The position numbers and the translations under genes were made by a program. A stretch of DNA of 64,000 nt, from NCBI RefSeq assembly GCF_009914755.1, contig NC_060928.1; one strand, 5' to 3'. Under the pieces are notes generated by a model. The model had not been told where the DNA came from, searched no databases, and saw nothing but the letters and a program-made list of their open reading frames with translations. This DNA is from the human T2T-CHM13v2.0 reference genome, Homo sapiens. Below, one piece after another: positions 1 through 20,163 of the stretch. How positions within the stretch are numbered: position 1 is the first letter of the stretch; each line of letters starts with the position of its first letter.

Positions 1-921
1 TTCACATTTTAATTTTTTGAAATCAAGGTGCATCTAACAGTAATGTCAATTGAATGCTGAAATACATCTGTCAGAGTAGGTGAAAATTGACATTTTGTCC
101 AAATTTTGCTGTATTGGCTATTGCTCATACGTGTGCAAACAACCAAACACAGAAAAAACCTGTTCATCCAACTGCTATTTCATTTTACTTATTTACATTG
201 ATATCAGCACATGTCATCAAAACAAGTTTTACTTAAATTTAAATTCCTAATTATTATTTTAAATATCCTCAAAATGATAACACAGTAATTTAGCACTGAA
301 ATGGGGGTCCTTGTGTGTGTTTTGAGTAATAAATATTACATACCAAGTAGTATAATTAGAGCAAAAATGGGCAGAACACTTAAAATATATCCTATAATTT
401 TCTAACATAAGAGAGGTTGTTGTGGTTGATTTAAGCATTACAAGAAACTATCATTGAGTTGTTGCATATCTATCTGTTCAAATTTCCTGCTAACTTTTTA
501 GATGTGCTGTTTAAATTTTAGGAAAGCATAATTTTAATTAAGGAATACCTTGTATTAATTTCACAATATAGAAAATGCAGTAGAAATCCCCTGTGTTTTA
601 GATGTGATTTTGAGTTTTGGTGGTAATTTGAATAATGCCAAATCAGTCAAAGTCATAAGGCTGAATTATGAATATAAGTGTATACTGATGATTTCTTTTC
701 TTAAAATTTTATTATTATTACACTTTAAGTTTTAGGGTACATGTGCACAATGTGCAGGTTTGTTACATATGTATACATGTATCATGTTGGTGTGCTGCAC
801 CCATTAACTTGTCATTTAACATTAGGTATATCTCCTAATGCTATCCCTCCCCCCTCCCCCCACCCCACAACAGTCCCCGGAGTGTGATGTTCCCCTTCCT
901 GTGTCCATGTGTTCTCATTGT

Positions 922-4732
<3,811 letters not shown>

Positions 4733-4795
4733 TATGATGTTAGCTGGTTATTTTGCTCGTTAGTTGATGCAGTTTCTTCCTAGCCTTGATGGTCT

Positions 4796-5811
4796 TTACA
4801 TTGTGGCATGTTTTTGCAGTGGCTGGTACCGGTTGTTCTTTTCCATGTTTAGTGCTTCCTTCAGGAGCTCTTTTAGGGCAGGCCTGGTGGTGACAAAATC
4901 TCTCAGCATTTGCTTGTCTGTAAAGTATTTTATTTCTCCTTCATTTATGAAGCTTTGTTTGACTGGATATTAAATTCTGGGTTGAAAATTCTTTTCTTTA
5001 AGAATGTTGAATATTGGCCCCCACTCTCTTCTGGCTTGTAGAGTTTCTGCTGAGAGATTCGCTGTTAGTCCGATGGGCTTCCCTTTGTGGGTAACCCTAC
5101 CTTTCTCTCTGGCTGTCCTTAACATTTTTTCCTTCATTTCCACTTTGGTGAATCTGACAATTATGTGTCTTCGAGTTGCTCTTCTCGAGGAGTATCTTTG
5201 TGGCATTCTCTGTATTTCCTGAATCTGAATGTTGGCCTGCCTTGCTAGATTGGGGAAGTTCTCCTGGATAATATCCTGCAGAGTGTTTTCCAGCTTGGTT
5301 CCATTCTCCCTGTCATTTTCAGGTACACCAATCAGACATAGATTTGGTCTTTTCACATAGTCCCATATTTCTTGGAGGCTTTGTTCATTTCTTTTTATTC
5401 TTTTTTCTCTAAACTTCCCTTCTCGCTTCATTTCATTCATTTCATCTTCCATCACTGATACCCTTTCTTCCAGTTGATCGTATCGGCTCCTGAGGCTTCT
5501 GCACTTTTCACGTAGTTCTCAAGCCATGGCTTTCAGCTCCATCAGCTCCTTTAAGGACTTCTCTGCATTGGTTATTCTAGTTATCCATTTGTCTAATTTT
5601 TTTTCAAAGTTTCTAACTTCTTTGCCATTGGTTTGAATTTCCTCCTGTAGCTTGGAGTGGTTTGATCGTCTGAAGCCTTTTTCTCTCAACTCGTCAAAGT
5701 CATTCTCCATCCAGCTTTGTTCCGTTGCTGGTGAGGAGCTGCGTTCCTTTGGAGGAGGAGAGGCGCTCTGTTTTTAGAGTTTCCAGTTTTTCTGCTCTGT
5801 TTTTCCCCCAT
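4796..5811 (-). pseudogene. L1 ORF1p, disrupted
   Basis: ATG at 5811. ORF pieces 5519-5710 and 4970-5455 (QEIWDYVKRPNL, ARREWGPIF) are separated by premature stops. Confidence 0.93.
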
Positions 5812-6850
5812 CTTTGTGGTTTTATCTACTTTTGGTCTTTGATGATGGTGACATACAGATGGGTTTTTGGTGTGTATGTCATTTCTGTTTGTTAGTTTTC
5901 CTTCTAACAGGCAGGACCCTCAGCTGCAGGTCTGTTGGAGTTTGCTAGAGGTCCACTCCTGACCGTTTGCCTGGGTGTCAGCAGCAGTGGCTGCAGAACA
6001 GTGGTGGCTGTAGAACAGCGGATTTTGGTGACCCTCAAATGCTTCTGCCTGATTGTTCCTCTGGAAGTTTTGTCTCAGAGGAGTACCCAGCCGTGTGAGG
6101 TGTCAGTCTGCCCCTACTGGGGGGTGCCTCCCAGTTAGGCTGCTCGGGGGTCAGGGACCCACTTGAGGAGGCAGTCTGTCCGTTCTCAGATCTCCAGCTG
6201 CCTGCTGGGAGAACCACTACTCTCTTCAAAGTTGTCAGACAGGGATATTTAAGTGTGCAGAGTTTACTGCTGTCTTTTTGTTTGTCTGTGCCCTGCCCCC
6301 AGAGGTGGAGCCTACAGAGGCAGGCAGGCCTCCTTGAGCTGTGGTGGGCTCCACCCAGTTCCAGCTTCCTGGCTGCTTTGTTTACCTAAGCAAGCCTGGG
6401 CAATGGCAGGTGCCCCTCCCCCAGCCTTGCTGCCGCCTTGCAGTTTGATCTCAGACTGCTGGGCTGGCAATCAGGGAGACTCCATGGGCATAGGACCCTC
6501 CGAGCCAGGTGCAGGATTTAATCTCCTGGTGTGCCATTTTTTAAGCCTGTTGGAAAAGCGCAGTATTAGGGTGGGAGTGACCCGATTTTCCAGGTGCCGT
6601 CTGTCACCCCTTTCTTTGACTAGGAAAGGGAACTCCCTGACCCCTTGCACTTCCTGAGAGGCAGTGCCTCACCCTGCTTCAGTTCGTGCATGGTGCGCTG
6701 CACCCACTGTCCTGCATCCACTATCTGGCACTCCCTAGTGAGATGAACCCGGTACCTCAGATGGAAATGCAGAAATCACCCGTCTTCTGTGTCCCTCACG
6801 CTGGGAGCTGTAGACGGGAGCTGTTCCTATTCTGCCATCTTGGCTCCACC
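5812..6850 (-). promoter_or_regulatory. L1 5'UTR with internal sense promoter and antisense promoter region
   Basis: YY1 core AAGATGGC at 6834-6841 on the minus strand. The 5'UTR is colinear with the L1PA 5'UTR, and many CpGs have decayed. Activity is unknown. Confidence 0.75.
6403..6657 (+). CDS. L1 ORF0 (antisense 5'UTR ORF), open, 84 codons
   Basis: ATG at 6403 begins MAGAPPPALLPPCSLISDCWAGNQGDSMGIGPSEPGAG..., matching primate L1 ORF0. Donor-like CAG/GT sites follow 6508 and 6593. Expression is not shown. Confidence 0.65.
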   Translation: MAGAPPPALLPPCSLISDCWAGNQGDSMGIGPSEPGAGFNLLVCHFLSLLEKRSIRVGVTRFSRCRLSPLSLTRKGNSLTPCTS

Positions 6851-7239
6851 TATACTGATGATTTCTAAGAGGTGAACATATTCAGACGATTCCTTCTACT
6901 GACCATAGAGAAGCACTAAATGTAAAAAAAGGTGAACTAAAGTACATATTCTTATGTGCTTATAAGGATTATGTGCTGTGATATGTTATGTAATTGTTTC
7001 ACTCTCATCCCTAATTACAAATTGATAAATCATTATATAATCAGTGGGTTTTAGCATCATTGAAATATGGTATTACCTATCTCAAGAACTGGTATGAAGA
7101 ATTATAGATCATGATGCCTAAGCCATAGCAAGGACCCAATAAATATTAGCTAGATATGAGTTATTCCATGGAAAAAAAATGGAAATTGTCTTTTCCTTCC
7201 AATAACAGGGTCTAATGGTAAAGACAGACACATGGCTAA

Positions 7240-7648
7240 GATAATTTCTTTAGGCCACCTTAGTTTTGTATGCATCAGATTTCTCAGATAATGCTCTTGT
7301 TAGAACCATGAAGCTGCATTGTGCAGAAGGTGACACTGAACTATAGTATAGTACAGTTGCAACAGCAAACTCAGTTAATCCCCCAGGGAGTTCTGAAGCT
7401 TGGATGCCCCTTCAGAGTCATACCCAATTGGAGCCAATGGGCCAGGCCTTTGTACTTCTGCATCAAACAGTTATTGGATGTAGGATTCCCTCGGGCAGAG
7501 GGCAAGGCAGTTTCTTTCAGCTGAAAGCAATTCTGAGAGAGGGACACAGTTGCAAGTTGTCAACAAGCAAACATTCCTGCAACTGTGAGAATGAATCTCT
7601 CAGTCCTAAAGGGATACTAGGGTAGTGCACCACAGCATCCACTGCACA
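7240..7648 (-). mobile_element. LTR16-family (ERVL) solo LTR, diverged
   Basis: The minus strand begins TGTGCAGTGGATGCTGTGGTGCAC, resembling the LTR16C 5' end. Internal ATCCAAT..TACAAAGGCCTGGCCC motif. Left boundary approximate. Confidence 0.7.
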
Positions 7649-7729
7649 CATTTAAAAAATAATATCAATATAATGATACCGACTAACATAGAGGTGTTAG
7701 CAAAGTACTTACTGTGAAGACTCAGAGGA

Positions 7730-8046
7730 AACAGGAGTTATCAGAGTACAAAGTTTTGGCTTTTCAAGGTGAGTAAAATCCTAGTGATCTACTGTACAGT
7801 ACACAAATTGTCTACAGTTAATAATACTACAATGTATACTTAAAATTTTGCTAAAAGAGTAGATCTTATGGTAAGTGTTTTTGTAACACAAGCAATAAAA
7901 ATGGAAGGAGAAAACTTCTGGAGATTATGAATGTGTTTATGGCATAGCTAGGGATGATGTTTTAATGGGTGCATACTTATGCCCAAACACATAAAATTAT
8001 ATAAATTTTGTATGTCAGTTACACCTCAATTAAGTGGTTAAAAAAA
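7730..8046 (+). mobile_element. Old L1M (L1MB/L1MC-type) 3' end
   Basis: Typical L1M 3'UTR (GTTAATAATACT..AAAATTTTGCTAAAAGAGTAGATCTT..ACACCTCAAT) ending in an A-run. Confidence 0.7.
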
Positions 8047-8557
8047 GAGAATGGCTGAATCTATTGAATGGAAAAGGAAAGGCTTAGTGAAGGGGAAGCT
8101 GATTTGTGGTTGATTTTAAGTCCAAGGATGGGGAGCGGGTTCCAGTCAGCAGGATTAGGGCAAATGTTCAAAGACGCAAAGGCCTAAGTATTTAATGGAT
8201 ATTTAAATATTGTTTCTTCTTCCTAAAGAACATAATGCCTAAATATTCTCACTGATGAATCTTACATGTACTTAGACAATTATAATAGTTTCCAAATTTC
8301 CTATTTCTGTAAAAACACTTATGGCCAACCTATAATTTCATCATTAGAAACATATTTTAAGCTTGGAAATCCAAAAGTGTATTTAATTTCTTTTCAAAAT
8401 GTTATAAAAATTCTCTATTTGTTTTCAAATTAGCCATTAACTCCTCAATACAAATAAAAATGAGTTCATTTTTTATTTTGATGGTTGATTTACCTGCTTG
8501 CCTCACAGTTTCCTCTTTTACAATATCCTTCACTGTTTAACAGTTTGTCATCATTTT

Positions 8558-9225
8558 TAAGTCCACAAATTCTGAAGCTGTACTTTCTGGGTTCAAATCC
8601 TTGCTTAGCCATTGATATAGTTTGGATATTTGTCTTCTCCAAATCTCATGCTGAAATGTGATCCCCAAAGTTGGAGGTGGACTCTGCTAGGAGATGTTTG
8701 GGTCTTAGATACAGATCCATCATGAATGGTTCAGTGCCCTCCCATGGTATTGAGTTCTTGGTCTATTAGTTATGGCAAGACCTGATTGTCAAAAAGAACT
8801 ACTACTTGCTCTCTGTCTTGCTCCCTCTCTTGTCATGTGATATGCTGACTCCCCTTTGCCTTCCGCAAAAAAGTAAAAAAAGTAAAAGCTTCCTGAGGCC
8901 TCAACAGAGGCAGATGCTGGTGCCATGCTTCTTGTACAGCCTTCAGAACTGTGAGCTAAATAAATATCTTTTTTAAAAATAAACTACCCAGTCTCAGGTA
9001 TTCCTTTACAGCAATGCAAAATGGACTAATACAGCCATTTATTAGTTGTGTGACTTTGGACAATTTCCTTAGTGTCTCTGTGCTAGAGTTTTTGTGGTGT
9101 TTAAAATGAGAATAAAAATACTTACTTTTATAGATTACTGTTAGACTTAAGGGAGTCAATATGCATAGTAGATTTGGAATAGTGACTGACATATAGCAGT
9201 ATAATAAATGAGCTAATTATTATTA
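8558..9225 (+). mobile_element. MIR SINE split by an MST LTR
   Basis: CTGGGTTCAAATCC precedes the LTR. The MIR core (TGTGTGACTTTGGACAA..AAAATGAGAATAA) and a TATTATTA tail follow it. Confidence 0.8.
8613..9033 (+). mobile_element. MST (MSTA/MSTB, ERVL-MaLR) solo LTR
   Basis: TGATATAGTTTGG...GGACTAATACA termini, with 5-bp TSD GCCAT at 8608-8612 and 9034-9038. Confidence 0.92.
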
Positions 9226-10239
9226 CCTTCCCTTTTTCTTCTACTGTATTTTTGGTGCTGCTTCTGTCTTTTAAATCAGATAAAAGCCCTTTACATGTCC
9301 CATGTTAGAAGTCTTATATAACTACCACAAGGTCTCTACGTGAATAATACCCTTCCACAGGTAACTAGTCTTATACTATGTTATTTTCCTGTATACACAT
9401 AATCATGGTTTCGTCACCTATTAAACACTACATTAAAGAATTTTGTGTCACTAAGAAAGTCACTTGTGTTATTTGTGCTGAATGATGTGTGTTCCATTTG
9501 CCTCTACTGCTTCTGACTAAAGCTGAGTGCTGCAGGTTTCGGTTAGAGTCAGCTAAGAGAGCAATTCAAATGGGACATGAAAGGCAGTAGAAGAGCATTT
9601 ACAGTAGTTTTCACACTAGGGCCAGCTTAGTTTTCCTGCTAAGAATGTACATTTCAGAGGTATATACCGAATGCTTCAGGTGTTCATTGAAGACTTCTCA
9701 TTCTGGCTGGTTGTAGCTCAAACATTCCAAGCTCTATGTACCACCCAATCTTTGGATAATGTTCAGTTTCCAGCTCTCTGATAATTCTTTGCTATGACTT
9801 GAGACATTCCACGCTACTTATGTATGGGTTTTTATTCAGTGACAGATTCAATCCTTTATAGATTTCTCTATGTCTTTCTCTGGGTAGCATCTTCGTCACT
9901 GGTATCTGTTCACAGTTCCAGCTGCCTCTGCTTTTCTGGATTCCAATCTATCTCAGCTCTGCTTGAGTTTCCCCTCCTCTCATTTTTATCTGAAAAGGGA
10001 GGGCCTTAAGGCAGAAAGCCAGTAGAATAGGATTCATTTAGTTTACTTCCTTTTTTTAAAGGAACTATAGTCCTCTGATTCCTGTTATTCAATGTTTGAA
10101 AACAATTATTTTATACATTTTACCGAGATTTTTAGTAGTTTATGGACTTAAGTCCTGTAAGCCCCCTCAAATTATTCCATTATGGCCAAAATTAAAGGGC
10201 TTTGATCATTTCTTGAACCAACTCTGTGAACTAAGCGTT

Positions 10240-11330
10240 AAATCTCTGGCCTCATTGCATTCCACTCATCCACTATTTTTGGCAAAGTTGCTGTATCTCA
10301 ACTTTTTGAAATACTTCACTTGCCCTCTTGTATATCATTTTCTCAGATTTCCTGCTGCTTTACTGGCCACACCTTCTAAACTTCTTTAGTTGAATATTGC
10401 TAATTTTTTGAGCCTTCAAACATTAGAGTGTCCAGGGCTTAGTTCTTGCATCACTTTTTGGGAGACATCACCCACTCTCATGAACTTAAATCTTTGGTGA
10501 TCATGATAGTGCCCAGATATTTGGTTAAACATTATTCTAAATGTATCTGTGAGGATGTTTTTGGATGATATTACTATTTGAATTGGTAGACTATATATAA
10601 GTAAATTGCCCTTTCTAATATAGGCAACCCTCATCTAATCAACTGAAAACTTGAATAGAAGAAAAAGATTGAGTAAGTGGAAACTCCTTCTGCCTAATTC
10701 TTTGATCTGGAACACTGGTGTTTTCTAGCCTTCAAACTTGGACTGAAACATTGATTCTTCTTGTATCTTGAGCTAACTGGTTTTGGGGTTGGATTTTAGA
10801 CCACTGGCTCTTCTGGTTCTCAGACCTTTGGACTCAGAATGAAATTACATATCATTGGCTCTCCTGAGTCTCCAGCTTGCCACTGCGTATCTGAGGGCTT
10901 TTTAGCCTCTATAATCATGTGAACTAATTCCTTTTAATACAAACATATTATAATATATAAATCTATAAATATAAATATGTGTTTGTATTTGTGTGGGTGT
11001 ATACAAACATCCTATTGGTTTTGTGTCTCTTGAGAACCCTTACTAAAACAGTGATAATCCTGCAAAACTTACCTTAAGTCTGGACTGCTCACCAAACTCA
11101 AAACTTATATATATCCAGCTGCTAACTCTCTACATAGAATATGTAATAGATATTCCCAAATTAGCATGATTAAATCTCTTTACCCGAATTCAACCTGCTC
11201 TTCCTTCAATCTTCTTCAATAGACAACAACTTCATTTTTCCATTTACTAATGGCAAAAACTTTGAAATGATCTTTGATTTATTAGAAGCCTCAGTTTAAT
11301 TTATTAGTAAATCCTATCTGCTCTATATTT
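10240..11330 (+). mobile_element. L2 fragment interrupted by an MLT2 LTR
   Basis: Pyrimidine-rich L2-like sequence on both sides of the LTR (e.g. ATATATCCAGCTGC, AAAAACTTTGAAATGATCTTTGA). Approximate boundaries. Confidence 0.55.
10502..11050 (+). mobile_element. MLT2 (MLT2C/D-type, ERVL) solo LTR
   Basis: GTGCCCAGATATTTGGTTAAACATTATTCT near the 5' end and CCTATTGG..GAGAACCCTTACTAAAACA at the 3' end. GTGAT flanks both sides. Confidence 0.85.
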
Positions 11331-11539
11331 TTCTAGAGAAAGCACGTAAAGCTTTAATAGTAAAATATTTGCATTACACTTTACTTGTACTCAAGTAATA
11401 ACAAAACATTTGTTGTTTTATTATCTCATACATTCTCTCCTCAGGTGTGGCCCATTTCCTATATGCTTGGAGTGAACTTTGGCTACATAGCTGGCCTTAT
11501 TTCACTACTCTGGATGGTGTACATTTTTAAAGGTATTTG

Positions 11540-15200
<3,661 letters not shown>

Positions 15201-15204
15201 TGAG

Positions 15205-15299
15205 CTTAACTGCATGAGGCAATTTCCATTTAAACATTTCCTCTTATAAAGCTATATATATCTTATTGGTTCTGTTTCTCTGGAGAACACTAACTAATA
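15205..15299 (+). mobile_element. MLT2 LTR 3'-terminal fragment
   Basis: TATATATCTTATTGGTTCTGTTTCTCTGGAGAACACTAACTAATA resembles the MLT2 3' end. Confidence 0.65.
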
Positions 15300-15384
15300 A
15301 ACCTATTTATGATAAATATTTTAAAGAAAATAGTGAAAAGAGAGAACCATTACAAAAACTTACAGCAAGTGTTAATCTTGCTGT

Positions 15385-18075
15385 AGGTATTAAGCATAGT
15401 ATCCGACGGATAATTATTCAATCCTCACAGTCCTCCCACCCTTCACTCTTAAGTAGACCACAGTGTCTATTGTTTCCTTCCTTATATTCATATATACACA
15501 ATGTTAGCTCCCACTTGTAAGTGAGAACATACAGTATTTGATTTTCTGTTCGTGTGTTAATTTGTTTAGGATAATGGCCTCCATCCGTGTTGCTGCAGAG
15601 GACTTGATCTCATTTTTTTAATGGCTGTGTAGTATTCCATGGTGTATATGTACCACATTTTCCAGTCCACCATTGGCAGGCATTTAGGTGGATTCCATGT
15701 CTTTGCTATTGTGAACAGTGTTGCAATGAACATATCTGTGCATGTATTTTTATGGTAGAATAATTTATATTCCTTTATATCCCTTTGGGTATATACCCAG
15801 TAATGAGATTGCTGTGTTAAATAATAGCTCTAAGTTCTTTGACAAATTCTTAAACTGCTTTCCACGGTTGATGAACTAATTTACATTCTACCAGCAGTGT
15901 ATAAGCATTCCCTCTTCTCTGCAATCTCACAAGCATCTGTCATTTTTTGACTTTTTAATAGTAGACATTCTGATGGGTATGAGATAATATCTCATTGTGG
16001 TTTTGATTTGCATTTCTCTAGCGATTAGTGATGTAGAGCATTTTTTCATATGCTTCTTGGCTGCATGTATGTACTCTTTTGAGAAGTGTCTGTTCATGTC
16101 CTTTGCCCACTTTTTAATGGGGTTGTTTCTTGCTTGTTGATTTAAGTTCCTTGTAGATTCTGGAATTTAGACCTTTATTGGATGCATAGTTTGTGAATAT
16201 TTTCTCCCATTCTGTAGGTTGTCTGTTTACTCTGTTGATAGTTTCTTTTGCTGTGCAGAAGCTTTTTAGTTTAATTAGGTGCCACTTGTAAATTTTTATT
16301 TTTGTCACAGTTGCTTTTGGTGACTTCATCATGAGACTTTGGCAACACCTATGTCCAGAATAATATGTTCTAGGTTGTCTTTTGGGGTTTTTACAGTTTG
16401 ATGTCTTATATTTAAGTCTTTAATCCACCTGAGTTGATTTTTGTATATGGTGAAAGGGGTCCAGTTTCAATCTTCTGCGTATGGCTATCCAGTAACTCCA
16501 GCACCAATTATTGAATAGGGAGTCCATTCCCCATTGCTATTTTTGATCAAATTTGTTGAAAATCCAATGATTATAGGTGTGTGGCTTTACTTCTGGGTTC
16601 TCTAACCTGTTATATTGGCCCATATGTTTGTTTTTGTGCCAGTATCATGCTGTTTTGGTTACTGTAGCCTTGTAGTTTGAAATCAGGTAATGTGACTTTG
16701 TTCTTTATGCTTAGGATTGCTTTGGCCACTCAGGCTCTCTTTTGGTTTCACATGAATTTTAGAAGAATTTTTTTTCTTAATTCTGTTAAAAAAATGTTGT
16801 TGGTAGTTTGATAGGAATAGCATTGAATCTGTAAAATGCTCTGGGTGGTGTGGTCATTTTAATGATATTGACTCTTCCTATCTATGAGCATAGGATGTGT
16901 TTTCCATTTGTTTGTGTCCTCTTTTATTTATTTCAGCAGTGTTTTTATAATTTTCATTGTAGAAATCTTTTACTTTCATGGTTATCTGTATTTCTGGGAT
17001 TTTATTTTCCTGGGTATTGTAAACGGGGTTGCATTCTTGATTTGGCTTTCAGCTTGGATGTTGGTGTATAGAAATGCTACTGGTTTTTGTACTTTGATTT
17101 TGTACCCTAAAACTTTACTGAAGTTGTTTACCAGATCTAGGAGCTCTGGGGTAGAGACTATGGGTTTTTTAGATACAATGTCATATCATCTGTGAATATA
17201 GGTAGTTTGACTTTTCTTTCTATTTGGAAGCCTTTTATTTCTCTTGTCTTATTGCTCTGGTTAGGACTTTCAGTACCATGGCGAATAAGAGTTGTGTGAG
17301 TGGGCATCCTTGTCTTGTTCTGGTTCTCAAGGAGAATGCTTCCAGCTTTTGCCATTCAGTACAATGTTGATTATGGGTTTGTTATAGATGACTCATTATT
17401 TTGAGGTATGTTCCATTAACGCATAGTTTGTTGGGGGATTTTTAAATGTGAAGAAATATTAAATTACATCAAAGCTTTTTCTGTGTCTATTGAGGTGACC
17501 ATGGAGTTTTTGTTGTTAGTTCTGTTTATGTCATGAATCACGTTTATTGATATGCCTATGTTGAACCAACTTTGCATCCTAGGAATAAATCCTACTTGAC
17601 TGTGATGGATTAGCATTATGATGTACTGCTGGATTTGGTTTGCTAGTATTTTGTTGAATATTTTGTATCAATGTTCATCAGGGATATTGGCCTGTCTCTG
17701 ACAGGTTTTGGTATCAGAATGATGCTGACCTTACAGAATGAGATAGCGAGGAATACCTTCTTCTAAATTTTTTGGAATAACTTTGGTAGAATTTGTACCA
17801 GCTCTTTTTAATACACCTGGCAGAATTCAGCTTTGAATTCATCTGGTTCAGGGCTTTCTTCTATTTGGTAGGCTTTTCATTACTGATTCAATTTTGGAAC
17901 TTGCTATTGATCTGTTTATGGCCTCAATTCCTTCCTGATTCACTCTTGGGAGGTTGTATATTTCCAGGAATTTATTCATTTCTTTAAGATTTTCTACTTT
18001 TTTGTACATAAAGGTATTCATATACTCTGATGGTTTTCTTGTTATGAGGTCAGTGGTAATGTCCTCTTTTCATTT
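15385..18075 (-). mobile_element. 5'-truncated L1 (L1PA15/16-type), terminal 3'UTR/poly(A) missing
   Basis: ORF2 C-terminal peptides ([26 protein letters not shown]) and an old-L1PA-type 3'UTR on the minus strand. Confidence 0.88.
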
Positions 18076-18084
18076 TAGACAGTC

Positions 18085-18780
18085 TCCTATTTCTGAGATT
18101 ATACTACAAGTGTGCAAATTGTAGTCATTAGGAGAACTTTTAAAGGGTACCAAGAAACTCTCTACACTATCTTTGCAAAGCCCAGTGAATGTATAATTAT
18201 ACTTTTAAAGTTTAAAAAAATTAAGCATTATCACTGATATGTTCATAATATTTTTATATTTTAATACAGTGTGTTATATCTCACTAGGTATGACTTAAAT
18301 ATTGAGAAGAAACACTTCTTTAGGCAGAGGAAAAATAATCCCAAATAAAATTATGGAAATAAATGTCGCATTGAAGAACAATGTCCTCATGGTACATACA
18401 TGGATAACATACATGAATTGTAATTTTCTTGTGGAATTTAAAAATCAAATATAAAATTAAAATGCATGCTACTGTAATGCATACATTACAAAGAAGAATT
18501 TAATTGTAATTAAAGTATTATAAAATTTTAGCATTATCTAGATGTGATAAAGGTAATAATTTCTATTAGACCAGAAGAACTCAGAAATGCTATTGTAATC
18601 TCTAGTGTAATATCTAGTATTCTAGAGGAATATTACTACTACAAATCAGTAGGAGGAAATTGATGAAAATTAAAATATATCTGATTAATTCAAATGGCAA
18701 AAGAAAAAAAATGACTAAAATCAAATAACAACCCTCTTAGTAATTACACTAAATGTAAATGAACTAAACGTTCTTCAGGA
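18085..18780 (+). mobile_element. Very old L1M fragments (a 3' end followed by ORF1/ORF2-boundary remnants)
   Basis: AAGGGTAC..CTCTCTACACTATCTTTGCAA 3'-end motif, and TAATTACACTAAATGTAAATGAACTAAA (ORF2 start region, ITLNVN). Confidence 0.5.
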
Positions 18781-19977
18781 ACAGAAAAACTTAGCGAATA
18801 CACGTTTTGTTTCATCTTCTTTTTATGTGTTAAAAAAAGATGATATTATAAGATACATCATTTACCATAAATAAGAAAGCTTTTTTGTTTCTTACACATC
18901 CTCTGCCTAACACTTTCATATTGTATTGAACAGTTGCCATAATCTGAAAAGTGAATTGTGAAAAATAAATCCAATAAATTGTGGGGAAAATAATATAGAA
19001 CAATACACAACACTCTATATTATCATCAGCCTTCTAATTCTGATATTGTACTATAGTCATATAAATTGTATATTATATGGATTCACTTATCCAATTCACT
19101 TTGCAGATTATGGGGAGATGGGAAATATTAATACAATAAAGAAGGAGAAGCCTCTGGGGAGAACTAGCTAAATTAATCACACTCAAAATCACAATTGAAA
19201 TATTGCGCTGTACACTTTGATTCAGTGTGTAAATGCAACTGTAAGGTTAATTATGAACTATGAAAATTAAAATAACAAATCCCACAGAGAAGGACGTTTT
19301 TCTTTAAAAACTCCAAAGGAGCAATTACATTGAATGACATGCTATTAATTTGGAGTTATGAAGGATAGAAAATCTAACTTATATAATTTATCTCTCTCAT
19401 TTTCTTTAGTATTTTTAGCTCAGTATTTTCAACATAAAATAAAAAAAATCACATCATTCTTTTGGTTCAGTATATTTGAAACATTTATTATTTCAGGGAT
19501 CAGTAACTGCTTTGCTCACCTGTGAACACACCATTATTTTTATTTACTAACATGAGGTGAAATGCTGAACCAAATTACTGGAGTAAGTTAGCATGTACCA
19601 AAAAGGCATCAATAGCCAAGAGATGTTAAAAATTTGAAAAATATCTGAATTCTACTGCCATAAAATAACATCTATATTAATTGAAATTTAAAAATTATTA
19701 TTTACTGCTTTCATATATTTCAATCACTTGTAATTTTAAAAATTATAATTTTATGGATTAATATAGTTATTTATAAATATAGTTATTGTATCCATTATTT
19801 AATTATATATACAAATATATAGTTATTAATGCCCAAAATATATAAACATAGTCAACTAGATGAAACATGCTAATTACTATACTAAAGACTAATGAAAACT
19901 CTAACTTCACTTATGTTTTTCTATTGAATTACTTTGAAAGCAGCGTAAGGGAAAGTATGGTATGTGTACATGTGTGT

Positions 19978-20163
19978 TTTCTTTTTCTTTCTTTTTTTAT
20001 TTTTCACAAATGGAGACTTGCTATGTTGACTAGGCTGGAGTGTAGTGGCTATTCACAGGGGTGATCATAACATAGTACATCCTCAAACTTCCGGCCTCAA
20101 GCAATTCTCCAGCCTCAACCTCCTAAGTAGCTGGGACTACAGACATGCGCCACCTCACTGGCT
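19978..20163 (-). mobile_element. FAM (free Alu monomer, 7SL-derived)
   Basis: A single monomer carrying the FAM-type GTGGCTATTCACAGG segment, with a T-rich tail on the + strand. Confidence 0.85.
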
